A stretch of DNA of 64,000 bases from Azolla caroliniana (Eukaryota; Plantae; Polypodiophyta): NCBI GenBank assembly GCA_043228905.1, contig JBHGNT010000006.1, positions 6,696,001 through 6,760,000 on the forward strand, given 5' to 3'. Made by a program: the position numbers and the translations under genes. Shown in pieces: positions 25,191-38,700 of this stretch. Position 1 is the first letter of the stretch. Each line of letters begins with the position of its first letter. Under the pieces are notes generated by a model. It was not told where the DNA came from. It saw nothing but the letters and a program-made list of their open reading frames with translations, and ran no database searches.

Positions 25191-26371
25191 ACACAAACGC
25201 TTCCTCACAACATTTATTGCTTATAGAGTCACCATAGACTTTCGGACAGAATTCCAGAATATGATTTGCCTTTTCCTTTAGTTCCGATTCCCAAACACCT
25301 TCTAGCCGAGAAGGGATGATTTTGGCACAAAATGGCAAGTCTAATTGATTTCATGGAACTTGTCCAATACCATTATTTGAGGGGGGGGGTGTCACGTTTC
25401 GATATATTTTTCCCCGCGTTGCAATCATATCGACTTGAAAAGATTGTGCTTTGCAACCCTATGGTAGTCGTTCCGAGTCTCAATTGATTGTGTTTGATGG
25501 TTGCATTCTCAGAGCAAAATCCTTGTTATTCTAAATAGACATCAATCATCACACATGATAATCAAGCATGTGTCATGGTGTTGTGCCATGTACAGTGAGA
25601 TTTGGTTTGCGCACCACACCATATGATGTGACATGGTCGAATATGATGACAAAAGAAATCTCAATGCATGAAAAAGTACTTCCTTTTATTCCTCTTCTTT
25701 TTTGGGTTGTCATGTTTTAGTCGTCACGTGCAAGTATTATGCATTGTGCAAATCACATGAAGATGGCATTCATTCGATAAAGATAGACTCTTTATGAACT
25801 TGTTAACATTGTATATGTTGTGCACATCACACATGCTACTTTAATCAGTGGCATTTTCAAGCGAATAGAATGATGCATAGTATTGTATCAAAGCGAGATA
25901 GAGAAACACAAAAGTTGTCCACCAATTGTGGTAATGTCCTCCCTTCTCCCTTTTTGGGAGGACCTAAGTTCAAACTTAACGTGGGATTCAAGCCCATCTT
26001 GATCAAATTGGGTTTCCTATGGTGGGCGTTGATAATCAATTTATCCACACATCTCTCATTCCTAATGAACACAATGCCAACATAAGAAAGGAGTAGATTG
26101 GAGCCGATGGGTAAAATGATCACTATATGCATGCTGACTATCATAAGACCTATCATAAGACACATGCTAGTGGGGACTAATGGTATACATTTGACATGGT
26201 GGAGAAATGGACGAAAATCAAAGTATACATCCCAACGCTCTTCTGTCACAAATTATTGGATTTGTGTGGTCGTCAAGAGACACATAGATCAACAATTGTC
26301 CATCACGAGGGGTAGCAAATCAAGACCACAACTAACTATGTCTATATGTTTGAGGTGTGTATAATATATAT

Positions 26372-26740
26372 ATCGTGACGAACGAATACACATAATCTTG
26401 TGAGTATTTTATACATAATGTATGTATATATACGTACGTATAAATAAATGACCACAAACTCTTTCATTACATACATATCGCGACGAACAAATAAACATCG
26501 TCGTGTGAGTATTTATTTATACGCAATGTATATACATACCTACAGTATAGATGAATGATCACCAACTCCTTCGTTCTTCTTACATACATATATGTATGTA
26601 TGTATGTATGTATGTGTGTGTGTATGCATGTACATATGGCGACGAACAAATACATCGTCGTATGCGTATTTATGCGTAATGTATAGACATACGTATACGG
26701 TATAAATACATGTTACAGCAACTCCTTCGTTCTTCGTCCT
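26372..26740. repeat. Three degenerate tandem copies of a ~110-160 bp unit upstream of CFAP206
   Basis: gacgaac(a/g)aata...gtattt...aatgtat...aactc(c/t)ttc recurs at ~26377, ~26482 and ~26641, with (TACA/TATG)n between copies. Confidence 0.65.
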
Positions 26741-26766
26741 CTTCCTTCCGTATCAGGGAGAAGGAT

Positions 26767-29700
26767 ATGGCGGAATCAGAAGACACCGTGCGATCCATGG
26801 TCCAGGAAGTTGTTCGCGTCTATCGCGATGGATTGGCAATGGTCTCCTCAGAACGCCCTTTCCTGACTGAGATGGCATGGTTTCTTGTCCAAGCTACATG
26901 CCTGCAGCGGTAAGTGTATGTTCTCTTTTTCCTCTTCTTTTGAATCTCTCCGTGTTTCAAGATAGAGATGGCATGGTTGGTTATCCAAACCACATGCCTG
27001 CAATTACTAGTCTATATTATCATCTTCTTGAATCTCTCTTGGTTTCAAGAAACATTTTTTGATCACCCGTGCAGAAGACCTTCGCTATTTTTCTTTGCTC
27101 GTTCTTTGATTCAAAAATGTTTTGTTACACCATTATTCCTTCTGATAATTCCTCTTCTTGGAAGTTTTTTAACAATCAAGAAGATTTTTTCATTTTTTTT
27201 GTTCCTACTGCAAGTACTATATTTCTAGAATCCAACAACATTTTCTAAACGCTTATCAGGAAGAACTCTTTTTTTCTTAGTGATTGTCTATTCATTGTGA
27301 TCTGCTAACGATTCAGGAACATACCATTACAAAGTCATTCATTTTTTAATCGGGTTCCTTCTGATTTTTACATCTGCCTAAACACAGGTCCCAAACGGAT
27401 GTAAAATCAGTGTCTTCTGGTGAGATCATAGAGAAATGTGTGAAATTGCTGAAATTAAAGGATTATCCTGTCATTGAAACTATTCAATTACAGGTGAGAG
27501 AATATTCTACTACGTCCAACTTGAAAATTTACTTGAAAAACCTAAAATGTATACATTTGTAAACAAGCAGCTTAATAGCAAGCATCAAGCTGATGTTCTG
27601 GAGTCTCTCAGTTCTCTGTTATTCCTTGCAAATGATGTGCTCTGAATCCTGATATCACTAACCTATTCTTACACTCAAAGGAAGAGATAAAATGGAGAAA
27701 TTCTTAGTTATTATCCATTGAAATGTCAGAAAAGAATGATTTCTTGAGATTTCATCTCGTGCTCAAACAGGAAAAAAAGAAATTTTCTTGAGATTTCTTC
27801 TCGTGCTCAAACAGGAAAGATTGAAAGATTGAAAGAGAGAAAATAAAGTATTTTTGTTTTATTCTTGTCCATCGTATATGATAAAAATAATGATGCCTTC
27901 AGCCTTATTTTCACCTCATTCTCTTTCAAAAACAGAAGAGATAAAAGAGAAAATTTTATACTATCACTGTATACTAGTAGAAAGAATGGGATTCCAAGCT
28001 TTATTTTCACACGCAAAAGGGAAAATGTGGAAAAAAAACAAAAAGATATATTTATTTAATATCTAATTGGAAAACCAGAACTAGTCTCCAGCTATATTGT
28101 TGCCCCCAAAAGGAAGAGAGGGAAAGTGTCAAGCATTATGCTTAGTCTTGAAAAGATAAGATAAAAATTACATTCGTATACTTTTATACCACATTAGAGA
28201 AAGAATGATGTGTTGAGTTTTGCCCTCATTCTTTCTATCAAAAATAAAGAGAGGAAACAAAAGAAAAAAACACATATGTTTTTACTTTACCCATTTTTGC
28301 CAGAAATTTTTATTTGAACACCTTGCATTGACATGTTCTGACAAAACTGATAGACTCAAAGTGTTATAAACTTGCTTAGAAACCTCTTGGTTTTTTTACT
28401 AAGAAGTATTTGTGATACACATACAACCATAATTGCCTTGAAATTTAAAAGAGCAATGATGGACATGCTTCTTAATATAACAGCATTTGCATGACAGTGT
28501 TTATTGAACTTTTCTGTGGGTTAGTAAATCCATCAAGTTTTGAAATAAGTCATAACAATTTTGATTTATTTTTCTATTGGGTAGGTCAACATTTATGCAC
28601 TTATGTTCATGCATGAAAGGAGGCTAGCAAAAGAAGAACATACACATATGAGGTGTTGTGAAGACTACTTAAATTGGATATTGAAAACTCGTGTAAGTAT
28701 TATATCCTGAAGGTTTTTTTGTCCGAAATCAAAGTGAGTACATTTTTTTTTTGGTTTAAAGAAGATAGATCCTTTTCCATTTTCAAGAATGAAACTATTG
28801 TTAGATATAATCAATGATCAGCCCCAAGTTGTAAATCTATCCCCATATGTGCTCTTAGAGTGCACATTTTGTGATAGCGCCCCAAATGAGGAGCGGCTAG
28901 TGTGCAACTCGACCATATGGGTCGATAAGGTGTTAATCTAGGAAACCGTAGATGCGTAGGACACAATATATTTAGGAAAGAGAGAAATAGATAAAAGGAT
29001 TGGCTAATCAAGTCAGCTAGAATATTTTGTGGGCAAGTTACGATGTACTTAGTCTTGAAGTATGCGTCATTGACTTCAAGATAAGTATTATCTAGCACTA
29101 GCCTGTACCTAGGGAGTTGGGTCATATTAAATGACAAGTCAGTTGACAGAAAAGGAATATCTCCACTACTGTCAACTGACTTGCACATTTATACTAAGAC
29201 CAAACATAGATTATAAGTCACTTTTCTCACACAGTGGTGAGATTGATCATTTGTCCCCACTAATTTTGTAGTGAGCCGGTCCATATCCTATCTAAGCTCT
29301 AAGGTGTGAGCGCATGGGAAAACTACCATTTTGAACTACTCTCATATGTAATAGAAATTCTGTTTTCATATATCCATCTCTGCAGTTGTAACTCTATATA
29401 CCTATCTACTCGATTCTCAATATTTCTAATATGGTATCAGAGCGAAGAGGTTGATCTAGATTAGGTATATACGGGTAGTTGCTGTCTAGCAACAGAGAGA
29501 AATAGAGAGAGAGAGAGAGAGAGACAGAGTATCAATGGCCTTGTCCACGAATGTTGCAGCTGCTCCATTGCGCATTCGCCCACCTCCATTGTCTGATGGA
29601 AAGCTAGATGGAACCAACTACACTCTATGGAAGTTCAAAATGTCTGCCATTTTGGATTCCTACGAGTTGTTGGAAACAATCATGGGACCCACAGGGGGAG

Positions 29701-32700
29701 ACCCTGAGCCCATGGCAACCTTTGACCCTGCACACCCTACCACATCAATTCCTCCAAATGCTGATCTACTTCGAGCCTGGAAGAGAAGGAACGCTGATGC
29801 GCTATGTACCATAGTCACTGGTGTATGTGACTCCGTACTAACACTAGTGCAACATACAACTAGGGCACATGAAGCTTGGAGCATATTGGCCAGCCAGTAT
29901 GAGACCAGAAACTATACAAGGATACAAAACCTCGAAAATCAGCTTGCTGCAGAGAAGCTCGCTGATGGAGAGAAAGTAGAATCCTTTGTAAAAAGGATTA
30001 AGGATCTTCAAGATCAGCTGGCGGCTGTTGGAGTAGTCGTCTCTCAAGAGGATATGGCTCGTCGGTGCATTCGAGTACTTCCTTTCAAGTATGATGGCAT
30101 TGTGACAGCATTGAACACTCAGGTTCGACCCACTCCTTTAAAATTTGATGAACTAAGTGCAATGCTGCTTGAAGAGGAGCTTCGGCTGAAGACAAGAGAA
30201 GAAAGGGAAGATTCAGCATTTGTCTCTAGGACTAAGGGTGAAGGGGCATCCAATTCAAACAATGCGAATAGGATACCGAAGAAGAAGAAGTTCAATGGAT
30301 CGTGTTTCTACTGTGACAAGAAGGGTCACACAATCAAGGATTGTCGAAAGAAGATGGCGGATGAGAAGAATGGTTCTAATAAGACTTCTTGGAGAGAGCC
30401 TGAGTCCGCTAACAATGTCGTAGATGAACTTGAGTTATGGGTCGCAACTGAAGAAGTGTGTTCTTCAGTTGACACTCAAGTTGTTGATGAGTCTTGGATT
30501 CTCGATAGTGGAGCATCCCGACATATGATCAGTAATCGTGACTGGTACAGTTCTTGGACACCTCTACAAGAGCCCATCAATGTTGTGGTCGGGAACAATG
30601 CTCGATGTCCGGCCAAAGGAACCGGAACCGTCTCCCTCAAAGCAACGACCGGTGGGACAAAGCATCTCTCTCAAGTGTTGTACGTGCCAGATCTGAAGAA
30701 GAATCTACTGTCCATTTCTGCACTGACTGACAAGGGTCTTGATATTCGATTCAAGAAGTCGGGTGCAGAAATAACAGATTCTGCTGGCAAGGTTGTAGGA
30801 ATAGGGGTGAGGCGCAACAATCTCTATGAGCTGAGCGCGTTTACCATTTCTACTGACCACAGCACAAGTACCAACACAAAGCAATGACATGAGAGATTTG
30901 GGCATCTCAACGTTGCTGTGTTGAAGGAGATGAAGAAGTCGAATATGGTAGTTGGGTTGCCAACCCTATCTGACTTAAGTCATGTTTGTGATGCTTGTAT
31001 GATGGGCAAGCATCAAAGATCAGCCATTCCAAAAGAGAGTCAAAATCGGGCAAAGACTCCTCTACAGCTAATACACATTGACCTCTCTGGAAAAATGGTG
31101 ACTCCTGCAATGGGTGGATCTCTCTACTATATGCTAATAGTCGACGACTTCAGCAGAAAGATGTGGGTTTACTTCCTTCGGGAGAAGGCTGAAGCTTTTA
31201 AAATCTTCAAAAGATGGCATAAGTTTGTCGAGCGAGAGTCTGGAAAGTTAGTGAAGGAGCTACGCTCTGATCGAGGTGGAGAATTCTTATCAATAGAATT
31301 CTGTGAGTATTGCAAAGAGCATGGAATTAAGCGCCAACTTACAACTGCCTACACCCCACAACAAAATGGCGTTGTCGAACGTCGAAATCGAACAGTTGTC
31401 GAGATGGCTAGGTGTATGTTGAAGGCACAAGCGCTGCCCGACCCATTCTGGGCTGAAGCAGTGAACACAGCAGTTTACATCCTCAATCGGAGCTACACGA
31501 AGGCACTTCAAGGGAAAACACCCCAAGAAGCTTATTCAGGCAAGAAACCTTCAGTGCTGCACTTCAGAACCTTTGGGTGTATGTGCTACGCACATATTCC
31601 AGATGTGAGCAGAAAGAAGTTGGATGCTAAAAGCAAAAAGTGTATCTTTCTCGGATATAGTGAAGAGTCAAAGGCCTATCGACTCTACGATCCAGAGGCA
31701 AGAAAGATATTGACAAGCCGCGATGTGGTGTTCGATGAGGAACAACCACAGCTAGCTGAGAACAACGATTCTCAAGTTATCTCATCAACTGAAGAAGTAT
31801 TTTACCCAATCCCGACCCATTATCCAAAAAAGGAAGCTGAACCATCTGATGGTAATGGTTCACTAGTTCAGCCTATGCCAGTCCCACATGTAAAGAAAAT
31901 ACCTAAGTGGGCTCAACAACTCTTCAATGATCATACTCCTAAAGTTGAGTTTCCTGAAACTTCAACTGATGGATTACGAAGATCAAGAAGAATACAGGAG
32001 CAAGGAAGAACCTCTGACCACATTGTCAACATGGCTCTGATGGTGGACATCATAGGCTCAGTTAGTGAGCCGATCTCGGTGGAGGAAGCTATGGCCGACC
32101 CGAAGTGGAAAGAGGCGATGATATCAGAATATGATAGCATCATGAAAAATGACACATGGGAGTTGGTAGAGAGGCCAACAAAGAAGAAGGTGATAGGCAC
32201 GAAGTGGGTATGGAAAGTAAAGTATAAAGCTGATGGCTCTTTGGAGAAATTCAAGGCCAGGCTAGTAGCGCAAGGATACTCCCAAATTGAAGGGTTCGAT
32301 GTACAAGAAACATTTGCCCCGACAGCTCGCATGACAACAATTCGAATGGTCATAGCGTTGGCTGCTTCAAGAGGATGGCCGATTTATCAAATGGATGTCA
32401 AATCAGCATTTCTGAATGGGCATCTCAAGGAGGAGGTATATGTGACACAACCACCGGGGTTTGAGATACCGAATTCAGAAAACAAAGTTTGCAAGCTGAA
32501 GAAGGCACTATATGGTCTAAAGCAAGCACCAAGAGCTTGGAACAAGAGGATAGACAGCTTCTTACGATCAATCGACTTTAAGCAATGTGCTTCGGATGCA
32601 AGTATGTATGTCAAAATGAAGGACGGGAAACAAGTCATCATTATCATTTACGTGGATGATCTAGTACTTACTGGTGACCATGAAGAGTGCATTGGCCAAA

Positions 32701-35700
32701 CACAAGAGTGTTTGAAAACTGAGTTTGAAATGACAGACTTGGGGATTCTACACTACTTCCTTGGAATTGAGGTTTGGCAAACCTCGGTCGGCATCTTCAT
32801 GTCACAAAGAAAGTATGCAACAGAGATCTTGAAGACCTTCGGGATGATGGACAGCAAGTCGAAGTCGACTCCAATGGAGTCAAACTGCAAGCTATCCCAA
32901 GAAGACTCATCACCAATGGTTGACATAAGGAAGTATAGACAACTAGTAGGAAGTCTAATTTTCCTATGCAACACTAGGCCGGATATTTGTTTTGCAGTCA
33001 ATGTGGTGAGTCGATTCAGCAACAAGCCGAAGGAGACTCATTGGAAAGCTGCTCTACGTGTATTAAAGTACATTGTGGGTACTTTAAATTATGGAATCTT
33101 CTACAAGCCAACAATTGACCAACTTAGTGGATATTGCGACTCCGATTGGGCTGGAGATAGTGATTCCAGAAAATCAGTTTCTGGATATTGTTTTTCAATA
33201 GGATCTGGAGCTGTTTCATGGAGTAGTAAAAAACAACCAACAGTGGCACTATCTTCAACGGAGGCAGAATACAAAGCAGCATGCATAGCGGCATGCGAGG
33301 TAGTTTGGCTAAGAAGAATCCTTATGGATGTGGCAGTCCCAATAAGGACGGCAACGGTATTGAGGTGTGACAATCAGAGTTGCATGGCCATTGCCAAGAA
33401 CCCCGTATTTCATGCACGTACTAAACACATAGAGATTCAGTATCACTATGTGCGGGAGCTAATAAATGATGAGATTGTGGAGCTTGAGTACTGTCCAACA
33501 TCAGAAAATGCTGCAGATATCTTCACAAAGGCGCTTGGAGCAGAACAGTTGCAACAACACCTTCGACGACTAGGTGTTGGCCCAATTCCAAGTGAACTCA
33601 ATGGGTTGATCATTGAGGGGGCGTGTTAGATATAATCAATGATCAGCCCCAAGTTGTAAATCTATCCCCATATGTGCTCTTAGAGTGCACATTTTGTGAT
33701 AGCACCCCAAATGAGGAGCGGCTAGTGTGCAACTCGACCATATGGGTCGATAAGGTGTTAATCTAGGAAACCGTAGATGCATAGGACACTATATTTAGGA
33801 AAGAGAGAAATAGATAAAAGGATTGGCTAATCAAGTCAGCTAGAATATTTTGTGGGCAAGTTACGATGTACTTAGTCTTGAAGTATGCGTCATTGACTTC
33901 AAGATAAGTATTATCTAGCACTAGCCTGTACCTAGGGAGTTGGGTCATATTAAATGACAAGTCAGTTGACAGAAAAGGAATATCTCCACTACTGTCAACT
34001 GACTTGCACATTTATACTAAGACCAAACATAGATTATAAGTCACTTTTCTCACACAGTGGTGAGATTGATCATTTGTCCCCACTAATTTTGTAGTGAGCC
34101 GGTCCATATCCTATCTAAGCTCTAAGGTGTGAGCGCATGGGAAAACTACCATTTTGAACTACTCTCATATGTAATAGAAATTCTGTTTTCATATATCCAT
34201 CTCTGCAGTTGTAACTCTATATACCTATCTACTCGATTCTCAATATTTCTAATAACTATTGCTCATCAAATAACCTTCGTGATGATCAATCTTTTGGGAA
34301 TCTGCATGCACAAGTGGGTTCAAATTAGCCCATAACAATCAATATCATACAAGTTAATGGAAATGCAAAGAACATGAACCTTTGCTTCATGACATGTGTG
34401 AGACTCTTCATGAAGTTATAATGGCTGTAATTCTTAATTACTGTTTGTATAATGCCACAGGTTTATTGCATCTCTCACTTCTCCTCGAATTGATTTTGTA
34501 TTACTTCTAATTATTTTTTCAAATGCTTAGGACACAAAATTCTTGTTTCAAACTCAGATGCTTTTACCAGTACTCATTATTTTGTAGACTTATATTTATT
34601 CGCATGTCTATTTTCTGGGCAATGTCCTGATGGAGCTGATGAAGATTCAATTTATTACAGGTCTATGATAGAAGAGAGATGTCCACTGCAGTAGATGAAC
34701 TACACAAACTTGTTGTGAATTTCCTGAAGGAAACTAGTAAACGAATTGATGAAGATATGTCTGTTTTGCATAATGAAGACGAGATAAGCACTGCTATTGA
34801 TAGCATATTTCCAAGAACAGGATTTCTTTGTTGGATGAATCTGTCAGATGTTGAAAAAGCCACACAAATGCTCGAGCTCTCTAATATTGTGCCTGGTATC
34901 CGTGCATATAATAGGTGTGTAACTGTAGCCATATTTTAAAAGCATAGCTATTGTTTATTACTGTTATCCTATCATGGGGTTTTATTATGATTGCTCAAAT
35001 TTCTTGTCTGAGCTAAGAACTTCTCTCTTCAGATTGAAAGGGAAAAGCCATACTGTCTGCCAGGATATCTTTCATATTTTTGACAATGAAGTCCAAAGTC
35101 TAAAGAATACAGTGGAAGATGAGTTTAAAAATATCACCGAAAGATCAGTTTCATATGCAAAATTTCTTACGTCACATATTGATAATTTGGGCACTCATCA
35201 TGTGTTGATTCAGCGGCTGCGTGATGAACTCAATTATGACTTACAGTTATCCTCATTCTTCCAAGATATCTGTACTGTCATAATGGAGATGCATCTTAAA
35301 ATGGAAAAACTATCTGAAAAATTCTGCGAACAACTGGAAATCCTTGAAGCCACAATTGGTTCACAAACATGTGTTCCCAATGAGTTTGTATGCATTTTAT
35401 TAGAAGAAAAAGAAAGTAGTAATGGAAATGAACTTGTCCATTTACCACTAGAACCCTTTCTCCACTCCTATGGTATGTCTTAAGAATTTGTGTGGTTTCT
35501 GATTTAGGTCTTTCCAGAGTTCCAAAGTGTTGGTTTGTTGCAAAGAAGTGCATCAAAAGAGCTAAGGAGATTAAGGGTTCAAACGGAAATAGTACAAGAA
35601 CTATGTACATTATCGAAAAAACCAGCATTTGAGAGAACTCCAGTTGGTTTAGCTAGCATCACAACAGATTGTGGCTTTTCAAAACTGGAAATAATTGTGG

Positions 35701-38700
35701 ATAACTGTGGCTTTTTACCACCTAATATGTATACAACTAATGCTGCTCAGGTAATTATTGGAAAATCACTGTGTGCAAGAGCATGAAATTTAATGTTGCC
35801 TCTTGATGTGGTTCTTAGTCATCCCTGTAGTTCCATCTCCTCCCATTTATCTACATTTTATCTTTATCCTATGAAATGTGTTAGGGAAAAACTCCACATT
35901 ATTTAGGGAATACAGTTATTTCCCCATACATCCCCCAAAATTTGTTGTTGTTTCCCAGATCGACCTTAGCCTCCTCTTTAGAGAGAAAAAGTGGTTGAAT
36001 CGAGATATAATTGCTCAAATAGCTCTTAAAACTGTTGCTGGGGACAGTTGACCAGAATAATTTGGGGAAATGAAGGAAAATATGGGTTTTGGGGAGTTTA
36101 TTCCCAATTATTTTGTGGCCTAATTTTCTGCAGTGTTATGTCACATTGTTTTTTACTCATCTGAATAGCGTTTAATTATTTTTCTAAATAGGTTGGATCA
36201 AACTGTAATGATGTTCCAAGGGAAAGAAACAATTTCACTACAAATGCTATTGTCGTAAAAGATCTAGGGATGGAAGGCTTAAGACTTCAACTAAATGGAT
36301 ATTGCCTAATAACTATTCTGAAGAAAGGCGGGCTTCTTTTATATGGAGATCCCAAGGCAGGAATAGCTCAAGTTGGAGAGAATAGTTTTTTGTTTGCTAA
36401 TACAGATTGTTTGAATGAGTATGCTAGCTGTTTAGTTTCGAATGTAAAATATGTTGGGAAAAACTCTATATACCCCTGAGTTCTTTATTTGCTAAAATGC
36501 CATGGTGTTTTCTTTAGTTTCTCAAATTCCCTTGGTCAAACCCCTCTCTAGCTATTATATAGTATTTATGAACTGTCATATGCTTACATCAGTCTTTCTC
36601 TGTTTTTCTTGGGGTGTCCAGAGTCAATTTGACAAATAACAAAAACTTAAGGACATTTGTGGGAATATAAGAAATTGGGGTATATATGAGTTTCTCCCAA
36701 TTAACTTTGCTTCTCTGTATGGACCTGAGTTGAACCTATTTGTGTAAAGTTTATGCTTGCAGGTTTGTAAAAGCACCTAATGAATTGTGGGCCGCGCTAG
36801 AGACAATTGTAACTATGAGGCCTCAATTAATTAACATTCTTGGTCTCCAAAGAGAACCAAAGTTCATGCCACTTGGGATACCAAATGTAATTTAAACAAC
36901 TACAATAATTTAGTCTCTTAAGTCTAGAATGATTAACAGTGTAGTACAGTTTGCCTTTAAGACTGTTATATCCATGCATCATATCCTTTTCTGTAATTCT
37001 ATATAACACAGTAATTTGTTTCTTTTATATTTTGTATTGCAAGAGAGTGTGTATGATTCCCACTTGAACTAGTTCTACCCTCTACTGAACTGTGCAAGTT
37101 CTATTCATTATGCTTGTTAGTTGCTTTTTAAAGAGAAGTATATTTTATATCTTTTTGTGATTAAGGGAAGTTTATTACCATTAGTAATGTTGGTAAACTA
37201 ATGTCGGTAAACAGTAAAAGAATGTCCAAAATTATAATTCTCAAAGATGAGTGACTTATTTAAAAACTTGTTTTTATTATTATACAGATCTTGGAACTTG
37301 TCAACAAACATCCACTGAAACAGGAGTTCTCAACTCAAACTGCATTGCACATTCAACCTGCACATGTGTTTGATGAAGAAACTTTCTTTAAAAGGTACGT
37401 AGAAAAACATCTATTTGTCGTGTATAAAACTGTAGAGCCTATTTTATTGGATCGTCAAACATGCAGTTTCATGGTCACTTTTCTTTTCTTTAAAATTTCT
37501 CAGTATTGTCATGCTATTTTCTTTAAAAATTTTACTTCAATTGTCATGCTAGTTTCTAATTGGGCAAATTTTAGTTTAGCTCATCCATTATGGTTAGTAC
37601 TATAAATGTCCATTGGAAGCTGTCATCCCAAAACTCTGGACAACCACAATAGATACCAAAACTTGCTAACATATCCGAAATACTGTAAATTACAAATTCG
37701 ATCGATTTATACATGCAATAAGGTTATGCTTGCTATAGAAGAACATTACATTGTCTTACAATAATTGAAAGCTTGTCCTTTTGTGAAAAGCAATGGAAAA
37801 TTGCTTGTTACAGAGAGACTTGTATAATGAAAACCAAAGGCTCATCGTTTTTTGTTGTATGAGGTGGAAAATATTCTTTAATGAGTTCATTTCAGCCAGT
37901 CAAATAGTGCATGTGCTTCATCATCCGCTACTTCCATGTTGGAAAGCTGACACGCCCTTTCATGCCATGATAAGAGAGATGAGCTAGATTGACTTGGAGT
38001 CTCCATTGTCATCATCACTTGCCATGTTATGTCCCCTGTAACTTATATCCTATTACTTGTGGTCTCCATTGCCATCAGCATTCGTCTGCTTGATCTATGG
38101 TGTCTCCTTGGCATGTTGTCAGTGGAAGTACGGAACTGTGGAAGAAATCAATGATGTGCAAGTGTTGTGGCATCCTGCATGCCAATATAACGTTTTGGCC
38201 AAAGTGTTGTGAGTATAATGAGCAACATTTGGCCAAAGTGTTGTGAGTATATTGATGATATATCGACCCAGAGTGCTTCATCTCAAGAAAAAACTCCAAT
38301 AATCTTTCTATCTCTAAAATGAATAGGCTTAGTCTACAGACGGTGACCAACATGACCTCTGAGATTAAAAGGTCTTGCATTCAATGCTCTAGGTTCTGCT
38401 GTGGCATCTGCAAGTGTTAATAAAAACTTGGTTCACCACTTGGATATAGCCTTACAACTTGGAGAGAGAGAGTGGATATCATATTTCATCTATTGTAGTT
38501 TATACTTTCGTAATTAGTACATTACTATTTGAGAGAGAGAAAGAGAGAGAGCATTTTCTATGTAGAGCCCTACAACTTTCAAGTAAGAGAACCCATAGTA
38601 CTCAAACAATTTCAAGTCACTTTCATAGAGACGCATTTTCACAGGTGTGCTTCTTATGAGCTCATGTCGTAGCATCTATTTATGTTCTCATGCAAGGTAA

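Larger units (their letters stand above)
28799..34254 (+). mobile_element. Full-length Ty1/Copia LTR retrotransposon in CFAP206 intron 3
   Basis: LTRs at 28799-29431 and 33624-34254, nearly identical. TSD actat (28794-28798 and 34255-34259). PBS tggtatcagagc (tRNA-iMet) at 29432. PPT tgagggggcg at 33614. Domain order gag-PR-IN-RT-RH. Confidence 0.97.

Noticed and set aside
25121-25200. Functional tRNA gene
   Set aside because: A B-box is present, but no acceptor or anticodon stems can be paired.
25400-26360. Possible LTR-element remnant with an antisense polypurine tract at ~25940
   Set aside because: No recognisable protein motif, LTR pair or TSD.
28811-29188. 125-aa ORF duplicated at 33763-34011
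   Set aside because: Antisense frame within the two LTRs, non-ATG start, and disrupted by the inter-LTR indel.
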